Below, piece after piece: positions 1 through 10,067 of a stretch of 64,000 nt of DNA. The DNA is from an uncultured virus (IMG/VR IMGVR_UViG_2061766007_000877) (lineage: Duplodnaviria; Heunggongvirae; Uroviricota; Caudoviricetes): IMG/VR virus record IMGVR_UViG_2061766007_000877. One strand, given 5' to 3'. The notes under the pieces were generated by a model. It saw only the letters and a program-made list of their open reading frames with translations, made no database searches and had not been told where the DNA came from. The translations under genes and the position numbers were made by a program. Position 1 is the stretch's first letter, and each line of letters opens with the position of its first letter.

Positions 1-284
1 TAGTATCCAATATGTTCCATCATTCAATCTCTATTCATCGTTCATTCAAATAACAGTACTGATCGTTTCAACTACAATAAATGTTTAATAAAGAATTCCG
101 CTTTGCAGTTCAGCTCAATAAAATTTTACAAAGAACATTCCGCTTCCACATAGCAGCTGCATTATCGAGATCGTCTTCTATAGGACTTTCTTAGAACAGC
201 AATGCAATTTACCGTTTATGTTACTTGAAGTAGCGATTCAGTGTATATTGTATTTGTTCAGTTAACCAATTCATGGAGGTCGTT

Positions 285-437
285 ATGTTCGTTGTTAGCT
301 ATTCAGATTTCGTAGATCAGTCATTTTATTCTGACTTTTCAGTTTCATATATGCCTGGGATTAAAGTTTCAGATATGAAATGTGCAAAAGTTATTGTGAA
401 CGTTGATTCTAAATCTGCATTTGTTTACAGTGAGTAA
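285..437 (+). CDS. small hypothetical protein (50 aa, MFVVSYSDF...VYSE)
   Basis: GGAGGT RBS at 275-280, ATG 285, open frame to TAA 435-437, next ATG at 439; not in the supplied ORF track. Confidence 0.6.
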   Translation: MFVVSYSDFVDQSFYSDFSVSYMPGIKVSDMKCAKVIVNVDSKSAFVYSE

Positions 438-438
438 T

Positions 439-1080
439 ATGATTGATGCAAACTTTGAAAGTGAAATTACAAATTTACTGATCAAGTATCGTGGGATTCA
501 GTCGTCAATAGAAAGCACAAAGTCTTCAATCGCTGAAGTAGAATCAAAGATACAAGAATTAGAGTGTGAGCGTAACACTTTAAAACTTTGCAAACCTATC
601 ATTGATGACATTATCAGTAAATTCTCTGATTCTTTATTGAGAAAATTAGAAGAATTACTGACAATAGGTTTGAAAAAGATTTTTTATGATCGTGATTATT
701 CACTTCAGATCAAGGTTGTAGACAAACGCAATACAAAGTGTGTTGAATTATTGCTTAATGATGGTGGTAACCTTATACCTGTTAAAAATTCAAACGTTGC
801 AGGTGGTGTGCTTGTCGTTATTGCCGCAATCATTCAGGTGTTCTATGTAATTAACTTGCCAAATGTTGCTAATTACATGTTCCTTGATGAGCAATTCTCA
901 CAAATATCTTTGCAGTATATTGACAATTTCATTGAGTTCATTAAAACATTGTGTAGTGAAACAGGCCTGTCTATTGTCCTGATTACTCATGATAATAAGT
1001 TCATGAAGTATGGCGATAGAATATATGTGGCTGACAAAGGTAAATTTACATTGCAAGAATCTGAATATGTAGAGGGATAA
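439..1080 (+). CDS. SbcC/Rad50/T4 gp46-like recombination ATPase, C-terminal half only
   Basis: N-terminal coiled coil, ABC signature-like VAGG, Walker B FLDEQF, H-loop ITHD; no Walker A. Confidence 0.8.
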   Translation: MIDANFESEITNLLIKYRGIQSSIESTKSSIAEVESKIQELECERNTLKLCKPIIDDIISKFSDSLLRKLEELLTIGLKKIFYDRDYSLQIKVVDKRNTKCVELLLNDGGNLIPVKNSNVAGGVLVVIAAIIQVFYVINLPNVANYMFLDEQFSQISLQYIDNFIEFIKTLCSETGLSIVLITHDNKFMKYGDRIYVADKGKFTLQESEYVEG

Positions 1081-1081
1081 T

Positions 1082-1759
1082 ATGAATCTCACTGAATATT
1101 TTTATTCTCTACCACAGATTGATAGACAATACAACAAGTATGCTGCATATTCACTCGCATTTAATAATCCATACAGACTTGCAACTGGCGTAGACGCATT
1201 TCGTTATAACAATTTTGACGCTTATCTAAAACAATTCATTGCAGATCAAGGTAAATGTATTGCAATGCCTAACATAGTAAACGGTGAAGTTACCGCAATT
1301 ATGTTTAGGTCTTGCGCTGATAAACAGTTTCGTTATTATAATGAATGTTCATACATTCCATACGGTGCAGGTGTGACAGAAAAGCCATATCACAAACCTT
1401 GGGTCATTGTGGAATCAGCACTTGATTCTGATTTCTTAAGAAACTTCTACCCGTTTGTTATTGCAACAAACGGTACAACTGTATCTAAAAATATCTTATC
1501 ATTCTTGATGGGTACATCTTCAACAGTTTATTGTGCATTTGACAATGACATTGCAGGAGATAAGGCCTTTCATTTTTTATGCACAAAGCACTCTGGAACT
1601 GATAAAGGATTCCACATTAAACGGTTAAAACCACCAATGAGTTTCGATGGTAAACCGTTGAAAGATTACGGTGAGATTATTGATTGCTTATATGCAAATC
1701 ATAAAGAAGACTATGATTATTATGTCTTAACTGTAAGAAATTCGTTGTTATATCTTTAA
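1082..1759 (+). CDS. DnaG-type primase TOPRIM/catalytic domain protein lacking a Zn finger
   Basis: VIVESALD (TOPRIM Glu), IATNGT, AFDNDIAG (DxD), KDYGE. Confidence 0.75.
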   Translation: MNLTEYFYSLPQIDRQYNKYAAYSLAFNNPYRLATGVDAFRYNNFDAYLKQFIADQGKCIAMPNIVNGEVTAIMFRSCADKQFRYYNECSYIPYGAGVTEKPYHKPWVIVESALDSDFLRNFYPFVIATNGTTVSKNILSFLMGTSSTVYCAFDNDIAGDKAFHFLCTKHSGTDKGFHIKRLKPPMSFDGKPLKDYGEIIDCLYANHKEDYDYYVLTVRNSLLYL

Positions 1760-1825
1760 TAAATTGTTGCCATCTGTGTATATATAATTTATTGTTAAGA
1801 TCGTTTTACTTAGGAGCTTATTTAG

Positions 1826-2700
1826 ATGCCAAGACATAGTAACAGTGCAGCAACAGCACCAATGCCAAAGTTGAGTGAGTTTATAGTTGATGGCACACCT
1901 ACTGATCTTTGTTGGGATTATGTCTCAACATTATCAAAGGTTGTTATTTCAAAATATTTTGCAAAGTATTTAGAGCATTTTGATAGAGATGATTTAGCAC
2001 AGCTTGCAACAACTGATGCAGTTGCATTTGTAATTAAAATCTCTACACTGCAGACAGACAGTGACATCAAGAATATGAGAAATGTTCTTTTCACTCGTAT
2101 TCGTAACACATTGTCTAATTTCATATTCAGATCTAATAAGCTTATAAGCACAGACGATGAGATTCTTGATAGACAAGTAGTGTATCCTAAATCATTTGAG
2201 ATTAAGTCTGATTTGATAGACATGCACGATTTGTCTATTGATTCTATTGATTCATTTNNNNNNNNNNNNNNNNNNNGTTATTCAAAACAAATGGCGCAAA
2301 ACAACAATATTATATAAATGATTCCAATAATACACTTGATGATTGGAAAGCTTATTCAGAGGTTAAGAATATGAAAACTCCATGTGATTTGATAGCATCT
2401 TATGATAAATATACAGACGATCAAATTGAGATGTTAGCAGATCGTCTTGATGCTGTTACTGGTCAAAATTATTTCAATACACTCTATCAATTATTAGGTG
2501 ATAAGTTTCTTGCATTTCTAGATGTCTTTCAAGAGGATAAATTTAACATTCCTTCAACAATTCTTGTAAGACACATTTTATCAGACGTTTCAATTTGTGA
2601 AGACTATGATAATGGAATGTCTGTTGAAGATCTTGCTACGAAGTATAATAAGACAGTGAACTCAGTTCAGAGGATTGTTAATTCAAAAGAGGTTATTTAG
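1826..2700 (+). CDS. putative phage transcription factor (sigma region-2-like N-terminus plus Mor-like HTH), joined across N gap
   Basis: FDRDDLAQLA resembles sigma70 region 2; C-terminal GMSVEDLATKYNKTVNSVQRIV is a Mor/sigma4-like HTH; the 2371 frame is open back to the gap at ~2258-2276. Confidence 0.5.
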
Positions 2701-2702
2701 TC

Positions 2703-3166
2703 ATGGCTAAAAAGGCTAAGGAAAATAACAATTCATTAGCAAAACAANNNNNNNNNNNNNNNNNNNNNNNNNNNNNNNNNNNNNNNNNNNNNNNNNNNNN
2801 NNNNNNNNNNNNGCAAACAACCTTACACTTATTGCCAGAAAGTTAACAGCATTTTTATCATATTTTTCAGCTGCATCACTAACTCGTCTAAACACATTGA
2901 ACAAGTTCATTGCAGATGCAGAAGAAAAGCTATATAATGTCAATGTAGAAAAGCTTGACATGAAAGAACTTAATGCACGATATAAAGAGGCAAGAAAGGC
3001 ACAGGCAGAGATTATGACTGTTTGCAGTCAAGTGTCTAAACAAGCAGTTGATACCGACAATACAGCTCGTGTAGATGAGATTTACAATCTACTTAAAGGT
3101 TTGTCTGCATCTACTCTAGAAGAATTGAAAAACGCACTGGTTGATGAAGAAGATTCAGATGGTTAA
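2703..3166 (+). CDS. hypothetical coiled-coil protein spanning an N gap
   Basis: ATG 2703 after GAGG (MAKKAKENN...), continues after the gap into the 2897-3166 frame. Confidence 0.5.
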
Positions 3167-3168
3167 TT

Positions 3169-3957
3169 ATGATAGCTGATTTAGTTGATGACAAATTAAA
3201 CATACGTCTTATAACCAGAAATGTTATGTCTGTATATTCAACGGATAGTGAGTATACAGACTCTTTTATTAGGAAGTTAAAGCATTCTGATTATACGATT
3301 GATGATAAACCTGTCTCACCAAATTCTTTCATCAGCTACATCAAGAGAGATTATAATATATACAAGAACATATTCAGATTTGTGTCAGATGACAAACACA
3401 TAGACGAAGATAAGTTCACAGAGTATCTGACATATCTTGATCTTAATCATTTGTTATGGCTTCATTTTTATCAACTTGATAGTGAAACTTTAAATATAGT
3501 TGAAATTTTAATGCAACTTGCAAGTGACAAACCAGTTGTAATAATTAACTATATTGATGGCAGCAAATATGTAGAAAAGCTGTTCTCACTTGTGTTTCAT
3601 GTTGGTCTTGAAGACAGGTTGATTATAATTCCTTATAAAGATATTGACAAGGCTGTGAATAATTCAACATGTCAGTGTTATGTGAATAGACCAGACGCAG
3701 CAAAAATCCAATCACGATTCCCTGATAATTTTCTTAATGAGACTTTTAAAACAACAAAGGGATATTATACAGGTCACCATCCACCTGTTTACGTGAAGGA
3801 TTTTAATATCGTTAAACCTATATCATACACATATTCAGTATATGAAATAGTTCTTATAATGTTGTTTAGCATTAAGATGCTCTACATACAATTCTTTAAT
3901 TGGAGAACAAAATGTCAATTGATTTTACCAAAGACTATTCAGACCACGTCTTGCTAG
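3169..3957 (+). CDS. hypothetical protein, possibly a degenerate ABC-ATPase fold
   Basis: 262-aa ORF; QLDSETLNIVEILMQLASDKPVVIINYID loosely follows signature/Walker B spacing. Confidence 0.45.
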   Translation: MIADLVDDKLNIRLITRNVMSVYSTDSEYTDSFIRKLKHSDYTIDDKPVSPNSFISYIKRDYNIYKNIFRFVSDDKHIDEDKFTEYLTYLDLNHLLWLHFYQLDSETLNIVEILMQLASDKPVVIINYIDGSKYVEKLFSLVFHVGLEDRLIIIPYKDIDKAVNNSTCQCYVNRPDAAKIQSRFPDNFLNETFKTTKGYYTGHHPPVYVKDFNIVKPISYTYSVYEIVLIMLFSIKMLYIQFFNWRTKCQLILPKTIQTTSC

Positions 3958-4205
3958 ACAACAAGCGCAAGTATAGAGAGATTTATAAACTTGCGCCATC
4001 TGAGGCAGCTGATATTAGCAAAGGTGATCTTGTTTTATTAAAAACTGCGTGTGGCTGTTACGGTGTATTTATGGCAACGGCTGATTCAGATGAAGACGGT
4101 ACACTTCATGTAACAAGATATGCAGACATTGAGTTTGCAAAGATGGGTAACGAAGATCCTTCTGATTCAATCGTTATAAGCACAAACAATCCTTGTATCT
4201 GTTAA
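3912..4205 (+). CDS. hypothetical protein
   Basis: GGAG RBS before ATG 3912. Confidence 0.6.
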   Translation: MSIDFTKDYSDHVLLDNKRKYREIYKLAPSEAADISKGDLVLLKTACGCYGVFMATADSDEDGTLHVTRYADIEFAKMGNEDPSDSIVISTNNPCIC

Positions 4206-4307
4206 ACTATAATATAACATAATGTATATAATCTCAAGTGGTAGTTGTCAACGGTACAGTGAATAGGTCGTTGTAACTTGATGACTAACAAATAAGGAGA
4301 AGAAAAC

Positions 4308-4916
4308 ATGGTAAAGGCTAGTGAATTTTGTAATGCTCAAAATGAGTGTTTTATTTTGTTAGATTCACTTGAAACGACAACAGATTATGCAGATAAGCTG
4401 CTTAAATTTGTTGGTTTTGCAGATGTTGACAATGATGATAACATATTGAAAATGACACCTTTAGCGGAAGAACATTTCAATAATCTTGTAAAAGTTGCAA
4501 AGCAGTTAAGTTCCTATGCTGATAGGTTCAATAACAAGCTGCCTCAATTAAAAAAGATTTTGAATAGATTTTCATCTGCAGATTACAAAGATGCTAGAAA
4601 GGCATTTTACACAACTTTGACAAAGCTGCTTTGTGATGCAGGTAAACCAATTGTTAATAGTAACGGTTCAGTATCTCCAAACAAACTTATAAGTATTCGC
4701 ATTGATGATGCTTATGAGAGAACCGGTACAGACATTGTTGAAATTCACGTATCATCTTTTAAGAATACAGATCCTCAATTATTTATTATAATGCCATTTG
4801 ATTCAAATTTAAGAATGAAAGTTGTCTATAACGATGACATTATTTATCAGACAGATATTGGCGATGGTAATGTAGCCGCTGAATCAGTTGCAGGATGTAT
4901 TTTAAGTAGAATGTAA
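4308..4916 (+). CDS. hypothetical protein
   Basis: AAGGAG RBS, 202-aa ORF, followed by a terminator. Confidence 0.7.
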   Translation: MVKASEFCNAQNECFILLDSLETTTDYADKLLKFVGFADVDNDDNILKMTPLAEEHFNNLVKVAKQLSSYADRFNNKLPQLKKILNRFSSADYKDARKAFYTTLTKLLCDAGKPIVNSNGSVSPNKLISIRIDDAYERTGTDIVEIHVSSFKNTDPQLFIIMPFDSNLRMKVVYNDDIIYQTDIGDGNVAAESVAGCILSRM

Positions 4917-4923
4917 TAGTTAG

Positions 4924-4952
4924 GCCCAAGGAAATTCACCTTGGGCATTTTT
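4924..4952 (+). terminator. intrinsic terminator
   Basis: GCCCAAGG..CCTTGGGC stem plus T tract after the 4916 stop. Confidence 0.75.
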
Positions 4953-5042
4953 GTATCTTATGCTATTAAATGTATAAGACCTCAGTTGTATAATATATTT
5001 GTTGTAATGGTTTTTAATAACTTCAATTAGGGGCTTATTTAT

Positions 5043-6122
5043 ATGGCAAAAATAGATTTCGCAAAACTTTATGGGGAAATGATCGACTTAACAGCCCGTG
5101 AGGAAAAGTTCTCGCCTTCAGGCAGCATTATTCTTGATGCAATTATTTCAAATGGTAGAGGAATTCCAGAAGGCACATTTATTGAAATCGCATCTGAATC
5201 AGGATGCGGTAAATCCACAATGTGTTTGCATATTGCAAAGAAGTATTGTTCACAGGGCAAGCGTGTTATTTATATCGACACTGAATCAGGTTTGAATGGA
5301 AATCAGATTGATTGCTTCGGTATGAGACAGTATGTAGACGACATGTTATTCATTCCTGTACGTNNNNNNNNNNNNNNNNATGATTTTCTTTTAAAGGTAC
5401 TTGAGGATAAAGATGTTGCTTTAATTATTTATGATAGTATAACAGCAACAGTCCCAGGTCGTTTAACTGAAAAGAATGTAGATGAAATGAACGAACCTGG
5501 TGTTGCAGCCCGTATTCAGTCAAACTTCATGCAGAAATTTAAAGCAAGGTTTAAGAACTCAAACAAAACTGTTATCTTTGTAAATCAATTAAGAACCAAA
5601 ATTGCAATGGGTTATGGGCAGGTTACAAAACTTGCACAGGCAGGTGGACAGGCATTAGGTTATTACATGGATGTTCGCATTATGATGAAGAAAATTAAAA
5701 TGCTTGAGCAAACATTGCCTGGGTATGAAAAACCTGTTCCTTATGGATGTGACCTAGCAATTTGGACTGATAAGAATCGTTATGCAAGACCTTTGTTAAA
5801 GAAAATGATTACAATTCATTTTGGTAAAGGTATTTCAAATGCAGGTGCAATTCGTTCTGTACTTGAATATCACGGTGTTGTAACAAGGGTATTGAGAAAA
5901 GGTTGGAATGTTAAATATCAAGGTGAAGATGTTCTTGTTGCGAAAGATGACATTGAAAACTTCATTAAAGATCATATTCAATACTTTGCTGAGGTTGCAG
6001 ATAGTTTAGGCGGAATTGCATTGATTCCAAATGCGGAAGATGAGGTTGTAGATTCATCAGCTGAACTTACAGAGAATGTGTCTGTTGATCTTGATGATGC
6101 TGACGAAACATCTGACGATTAG
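5043..6122 (+). CDS. recA: RecA/UvsX-family recombinase
   Basis: Walker A SESGCGKST, YIDTE, Walker B IIYDSI, FVNQLR, GGQAL, KNRY. Confidence 0.92.
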   Translation: MAKIDFAKLYGEMIDLTAREEKFSPSGSIILDAIISNGRGIPEGTFIEIASESGCGKSTMCLHIAKKYCSQGKRVIYIDTESGLNGNQIDCFGMRQYVDDMLFIPVRXXXXXXDFLLKVLEDKDVALIIYDSITATVPGRLTEKNVDEMNEPGVAARIQSNFMQKFKARFKNSNKTVIFVNQLRTKIAMGYGQVTKLAQAGGQALGYYMDVRIMMKKIKMLEQTLPGYEKPVPYGCDLAIWTDKNRYARPLLKKMITIHFGKGISNAGAIRSVLEYHGVVTRVLRKGWNVKYQGEDVLVAKDDIENFIKDHIQYFAEVADSLGGIALIPNAEDEVVDSSAELTENVSVDLDDADETSDD

Positions 6123-6129
6123 TTGAAAT

Positions 6130-6167
6130 TAAACCCTCTATGAAGTATCTAAATCATAGAGGGTTTA
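6130..6167 (+). terminator. hairpin terminator
   Basis: AAACCCTCTATGA..TCATAGAGGGTTT 13-bp stem after the recA stop. Confidence 0.7.
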
Positions 6168-6200
6168 GTTATATACAGCATTAAGTAGGAACTTAATAAC

Positions 6201-7826
6201 ATGAAGATTGACAACGATTGCTTTGCAGATGAGAAAGCTATTGATAAAATGGTATCAGATCTTGGTGGTGTAGATAAACAAGATGATAATGGCATGACTC
6301 CATTGTGCTATGCTGCATTTAATGGTATAAAGCCTAACCTAATAGTATATCTTATAAATAATAAACATGCAAGTCCAGATAAACAGTGTAAAGATAAAAC
6401 AACCCCGCTGCAAAATGCAATCATAGCGGGGTCTAAAGAGTCAATAGATGCACTTGTAGGTAACGACGTTCTTGTTTATGATAGCAAAGGTGATACTGTA
6501 GATGATAAGTCAAGCCCTGCTGCAGATCAGCCTAAAAAAGATGCTGTCGGGAATCCTTTACCTGAACGTGATGCAGACGGTAACATTGTTTATCAGTATT
6601 ATAATAGTGTTCTTGTTCCTTTAAATGATGGAGAAAGATACATTAGTGATAAGTATCAGCAAAGGTGTAAGATAAATAATAAAGCTGTGTTTGTACCGCC
6701 TCCTTCACCTAACTTATCAAAAGATCAGAGATACACAAAAATTACTTATATTCTTGATAAAGATGGCAACCATTCTCCAATGAGAGATAAAGACNNNNNN
6801 NNNNNNNNNNNNNNNNNNNNNNNNNNNNNNNNNNNTGAGAACGGTAGGGCTTTAAAGAATAACTATGAATATGTGTGGGATTATGAAGGGTTACCAAAAT
6901 ATCAGGTTGCATATAATCCTAAAAAAGTACATGCTAATTCACAAGCAACAGTAGACGGAAATTCAATTTTATCAGCATCTGCAAAGCCTAATGCAGAGGA
7001 CGCTACTGAGCAAGATACCTTATTAGATGCACTTATCCATACATTTTGTAAATGTACTGGTTCTACTCACAAACAACTTTCTCTTAAAGATTATAGAGAC
7101 AAAGATGGTAATGTACCAATATTTTTAGCAGTTGCAGCGGATTCAGTTCCACTTGTAAATTTGTTATTACAGCATGATAATAATAAATATGCAAGTGTAA
7201 ATTATTTTAACGATGCAGCAAATAATGCAGCTGCACTTGCAATAAGTATTGGCAACGAAGAAATCATAAATAAGCTAAAGCCATATATGTACTCAGTTTC
7301 AGACTGGGATGTCATTAAAAATATTGAAGAAAATATCACAGATAAAGACGTAATACCTGAAGACGGCAGACCTGGCTGTATAGGTGCAATGATGCCTATT
7401 ATGATGAATTTTGTTTATGGGTCATCAATATATAGCAATGTAACGTCACGTAAGTATACAACAAAGAAGTTAAGTAGCAACACTGACATTGACCTTCCAG
7501 ATACAAAGACAATACTTGACTATGCTGAAATTGCACTAAATTATTTACCAACATCACAGGTTTCAACTTTACGTAACACTATTCTTAATAGCTTTATAGC
7601 TGACAACACGGCAAAAGACATTTCAACTTCAGAGTTTCCACTTATAAAGAAAAAGTGTTATACGATTCTAAACATGCTTTATGAAAATAACAAGTTTGAC
7701 GATGTGACTGTTGTCAATACAGTAAAGAATNNNNNNNNNNNNNNNNNNNNNNNNNNNNNNNNNNNNNNNNNNNNNNNNNNNNNNNNNNNNNNNNTTGGCC
7801 ATGGTCATGGCTGGAAGATGACGTAA
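6201..7826 (+). CDS. ankyrin-repeat protein
   Basis: ANK-like motifs QDDNGMTPLCYAA, KDKTTPLQNAI, DKDGNVPIFLAV, NDAANNAAALAI; 3' end uncertain because of a gap. Confidence 0.75.
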   Translation: MKIDNDCFADEKAIDKMVSDLGGVDKQDDNGMTPLCYAAFNGIKPNLIVYLINNKHASPDKQCKDKTTPLQNAIIAGSKESIDALVGNDVLVYDSKGDTVDDKSSPAADQPKKDAVGNPLPERDADGNIVYQYYNSVLVPLNDGERYISDKYQQRCKINNKAVFVPPPSPNLSKDQRYTKITYILDKDGNHSPMRDKDXXXXXXXXXXXXXXENGRALKNNYEYVWDYEGLPKYQVAYNPKKVHANSQATVDGNSILSASAKPNAEDATEQDTLLDALIHTFCKCTGSTHKQLSLKDYRDKDGNVPIFLAVAADSVPLVNLLLQHDNNKYASVNYFNDAANNAAALAISIGNEEIINKLKPYMYSVSDWDVIKNIEENITDKDVIPEDGRPGCIGAMMPIMMNFVYGSSIYSNVTSRKYTTKKLSSNTDIDLPDTKTILDYAEIALNYLPTSQVSTLRNTILNSFIADNTAKDISTSEFPLIKKKCYTILNMLYENNKFDDVTVVNTVKNXXXXXXXXXXXXXXXXXXXXXXGHGHGWKMT

Positions 7827-7844
7827 CTCCTGAAGGTTCGGACT

Positions 7845-7858
7845 AATATCAATAAATA
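7845..7858 (+). promoter_or_regulatory. candidate phage late promoter (TATATCAA(A)TA family)
   Basis: AATATCAATAAATA upstream of portal; related motif upstream of several structural genes. Confidence 0.5.
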
Positions 7859-7893
7859 AGTATTATATTTAAGACTAATCTAATGAGGACGCT

Positions 7894-9405
7894 ATGTCAC
7901 TTAAGTCATTTTTCAAAAATATGTTTGGCTTAGGCCAAAAGGTTGAAGTTATTAAAGACTCCAACGATTCACGAGATGATAAATTAGAACAAATCTTTTC
8001 AGCAAAAGAAAATGAAGTTCTTACATCATTACGACAATTTTCAAATGATAGAGAATCTAGAATCGCAGATTACCGTCAAATGTTGACAGACGGTGTTACA
8101 ATGTCAGCTGTTGAGCTAATTTCTGAAGACGCGTCATTGATTGATGCTGATACAGGATTGGCTGCATGGGTTGATTCAGCAGATAATCCTGACTTTGCTG
8201 AAATGGCAACAGACTTTTTAAAGAACAAGCTTCGCATAAATGACATTATATATCCTCTTGCGTTTAACATTGTTGCTTTTGGTGAGTGCTTCCTTGATAC
8301 TAATTATTCAAATGAAGGTTACCGTAAAGAATATAATGTAGGTGATTATTTCACAATAGCAGAACCTGAGGATGTGATTCACATTTATCGTTATGGTGTC
8401 CCTCTTGGTTACTTACATCGTAAAGATAGTGTGACTGATAAACTGTTACCTGAAAGATCTTATATTCATTTTATATCAGATCGTGCTAACAAAGAATATA
8501 TTGATGCTAATGCTGATTCATATATTCAATATGGTGCATCATTTCTTGAAGCAGCAAGGCCATATTATAAGCAACGCCAATTACTTGATGATCTTCTAAT
8601 TCTTGCCCGTTTAACACGTAGTTCATTTTATCGTCTATTCTCTGTAGACGTCGGTTCTGCATCTTCACAAGATACAGCAAGAATGATTCGTGAACTAAAG
8701 ACTGCCGTTTCATCAAAGCAATCAATAAATGTTAGCACAGAGGTATTTAGTTCAAGATCTTCACCAATTCTTACAGGTGGTAACGTTTATTTCCCAACCC
8801 GTAATGGACAAGGTGCTGTTACTGTTCAGGAAGTTGGTGGTGAGGTCAATGTATCTGCTCTTGCTGATATTGACTATTTCGACGATCGCTATTATGGCGC
8901 ATTAAAGGTTCCTAAACAATTTTTAGGACAATCTGATGAAGCACCTGGTGGTCTTGGTGATACAACACTAACACAGTTGGATATTCGCTATGCAAGAACA
9001 GTTAAAAGATGCCAGCGTATTATTAAGTCAGGCATTAAAGATTTAGTTTACTGGTATTGTTCAATTCATAACATATTGCCACCAAGTTTCACTGTTGAAA
9101 TGCCTCGCATCTTAACTGCAGAAGATACACGTTTATCAGACATTCAAAAGTCAGAAATTGAGGTTACAAATTCAATCGTTGCATTGATTAAAGAGATTGA
9201 TGAGAATGCAGTTGAAAATTCTGATAAAGCAAAATTGATGGCTGCATTACTTGGTCGTGTATCAAATGATGAAGATATCATTGACGCATTGAATCTTCAT
9301 AAGATGTCTAAATCAGACGATGCTAATGATAATGAACAGTCTGATGAAAGCAGTTCAGAAGATGAGGGTTCAGGCGATGAAGAAGACTTTGATTTTAATA
9401 TGTAG
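7894..9405 (+). CDS. portal protein, T4 gp20-like
   Basis: YRQM...AVELISED, YGASFLEAAR, LARLTRS, FSVDVG, YFPTRNG, DIDYF...ALKVPK, DIRYARTV. Confidence 0.9.
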   Translation: MSLKSFFKNMFGLGQKVEVIKDSNDSRDDKLEQIFSAKENEVLTSLRQFSNDRESRIADYRQMLTDGVTMSAVELISEDASLIDADTGLAAWVDSADNPDFAEMATDFLKNKLRINDIIYPLAFNIVAFGECFLDTNYSNEGYRKEYNVGDYFTIAEPEDVIHIYRYGVPLGYLHRKDSVTDKLLPERSYIHFISDRANKEYIDANADSYIQYGASFLEAARPYYKQRQLLDDLLILARLTRSSFYRLFSVDVGSASSQDTARMIRELKTAVSSKQSINVSTEVFSSRSSPILTGGNVYFPTRNGQGAVTVQEVGGEVNVSALADIDYFDDRYYGALKVPKQFLGQSDEAPGGLGDTTLTQLDIRYARTVKRCQRIIKSGIKDLVYWYCSIHNILPPSFTVEMPRILTAEDTRLSDIQKSEIEVTNSIVALIKEIDENAVENSDKAKLMAALLGRVSNDEDIIDALNLHKMSKSDDANDNEQSDESSSEDEGSGDEEDFDFNM

Positions 9406-9430
9406 TTAGTTTATATTTGGAGGTACTTAT

Positions 9431-9958
9431 ATGAAAAAGAATTGCAATGAATCTGATAACATGAAGAGAGCTCGTATTATTGAAAAGCGTTTAATTCGTC
9501 TTGAAAATATGATGAAGAACGAATCCGCATTGCCGTATGATGTTATCAGTGATCTTAATAGTGTGTTTTATGACCATTTTGGTAATGAAGACAATTATGA
9601 CTCAGAGCGAGAATTTGAAGAAAATATGTTTGCTGCACGTGAAGGTGACAACGATATGATGGTTGATGACGCTATCATGTATTTAGCAAACGATTATGGG
9701 CATGACGAAGAAGGTCTTGAAGACTTCCGTGATGATATAGCCGACTATATCGCTGACTGTGCAGAAAAAGTCTGTGAACAAGAGGGTTGGGAAGACGAAT
9801 GGGATGACGAAGAGTTTGTGGATGTAGATGATGAATATGATGAAGCTCTAAAGCGTCGTGTTGCTCGTCTTGAAAAACTTATTGTTAATAATAAAGTTGG
9901 TACAAAGAAGCAGAAAGTTGAGAAGAGATCTTTAGTATCACGTTTTAAAAATAAATAA
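9431..9958 (+). CDS. acidic putative internal head protein
   Basis: GGAGG RBS; very acidic; RLIRLE/RVARLE motifs and NES sites; directly after portal. Confidence 0.5.
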   Translation: MKKNCNESDNMKRARIIEKRLIRLENMMKNESALPYDVISDLNSVFYDHFGNEDNYDSEREFEENMFAAREGDNDMMVDDAIMYLANDYGHDEEGLEDFRDDIADYIADCAEKVCEQEGWEDEWDDEEFVDVDDEYDEALKRRVARLEKLIVNNKVGTKKQKVEKRSLVSRFKNK

Positions 9959-9981
9959 CACACAGTGTTTTAAACACAGCT

Positions 9982-10013
9982 AACCCCAATACAGATTGTA
10001 TTGGGGTTGTTTT
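9982..10013 (+). terminator. intrinsic terminator
   Basis: AACCCCAATACA..TGTATTGGGGTT stem plus T tract. Confidence 0.8.
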
Positions 10014-10025
10014 GTATAGTTGTAG

Positions 10026-10037
10026 CTATATCAAATA
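10026..10037 (+). promoter_or_regulatory. candidate late promoter CTATATCAAATA
   Basis: lies between a terminator and the 10068 ATG. Confidence 0.55.
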
Positions 10038-10067
10038 GATGAGTAATTATTTCATTTAGGTGTAGTT

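Noticed and set aside
4230..4300. tRNA gene
   Set aside because: Single long hairpin with no cloverleaf or T-loop consensus; no tRNA recognised in the window
4985..5005. Host assignment to Bacteroidota from TAnnTTTG-like boxes
   Set aside because: Such boxes are expected in AT-rich DNA, and strong Shine-Dalgarno use argues against it; the host cannot be called
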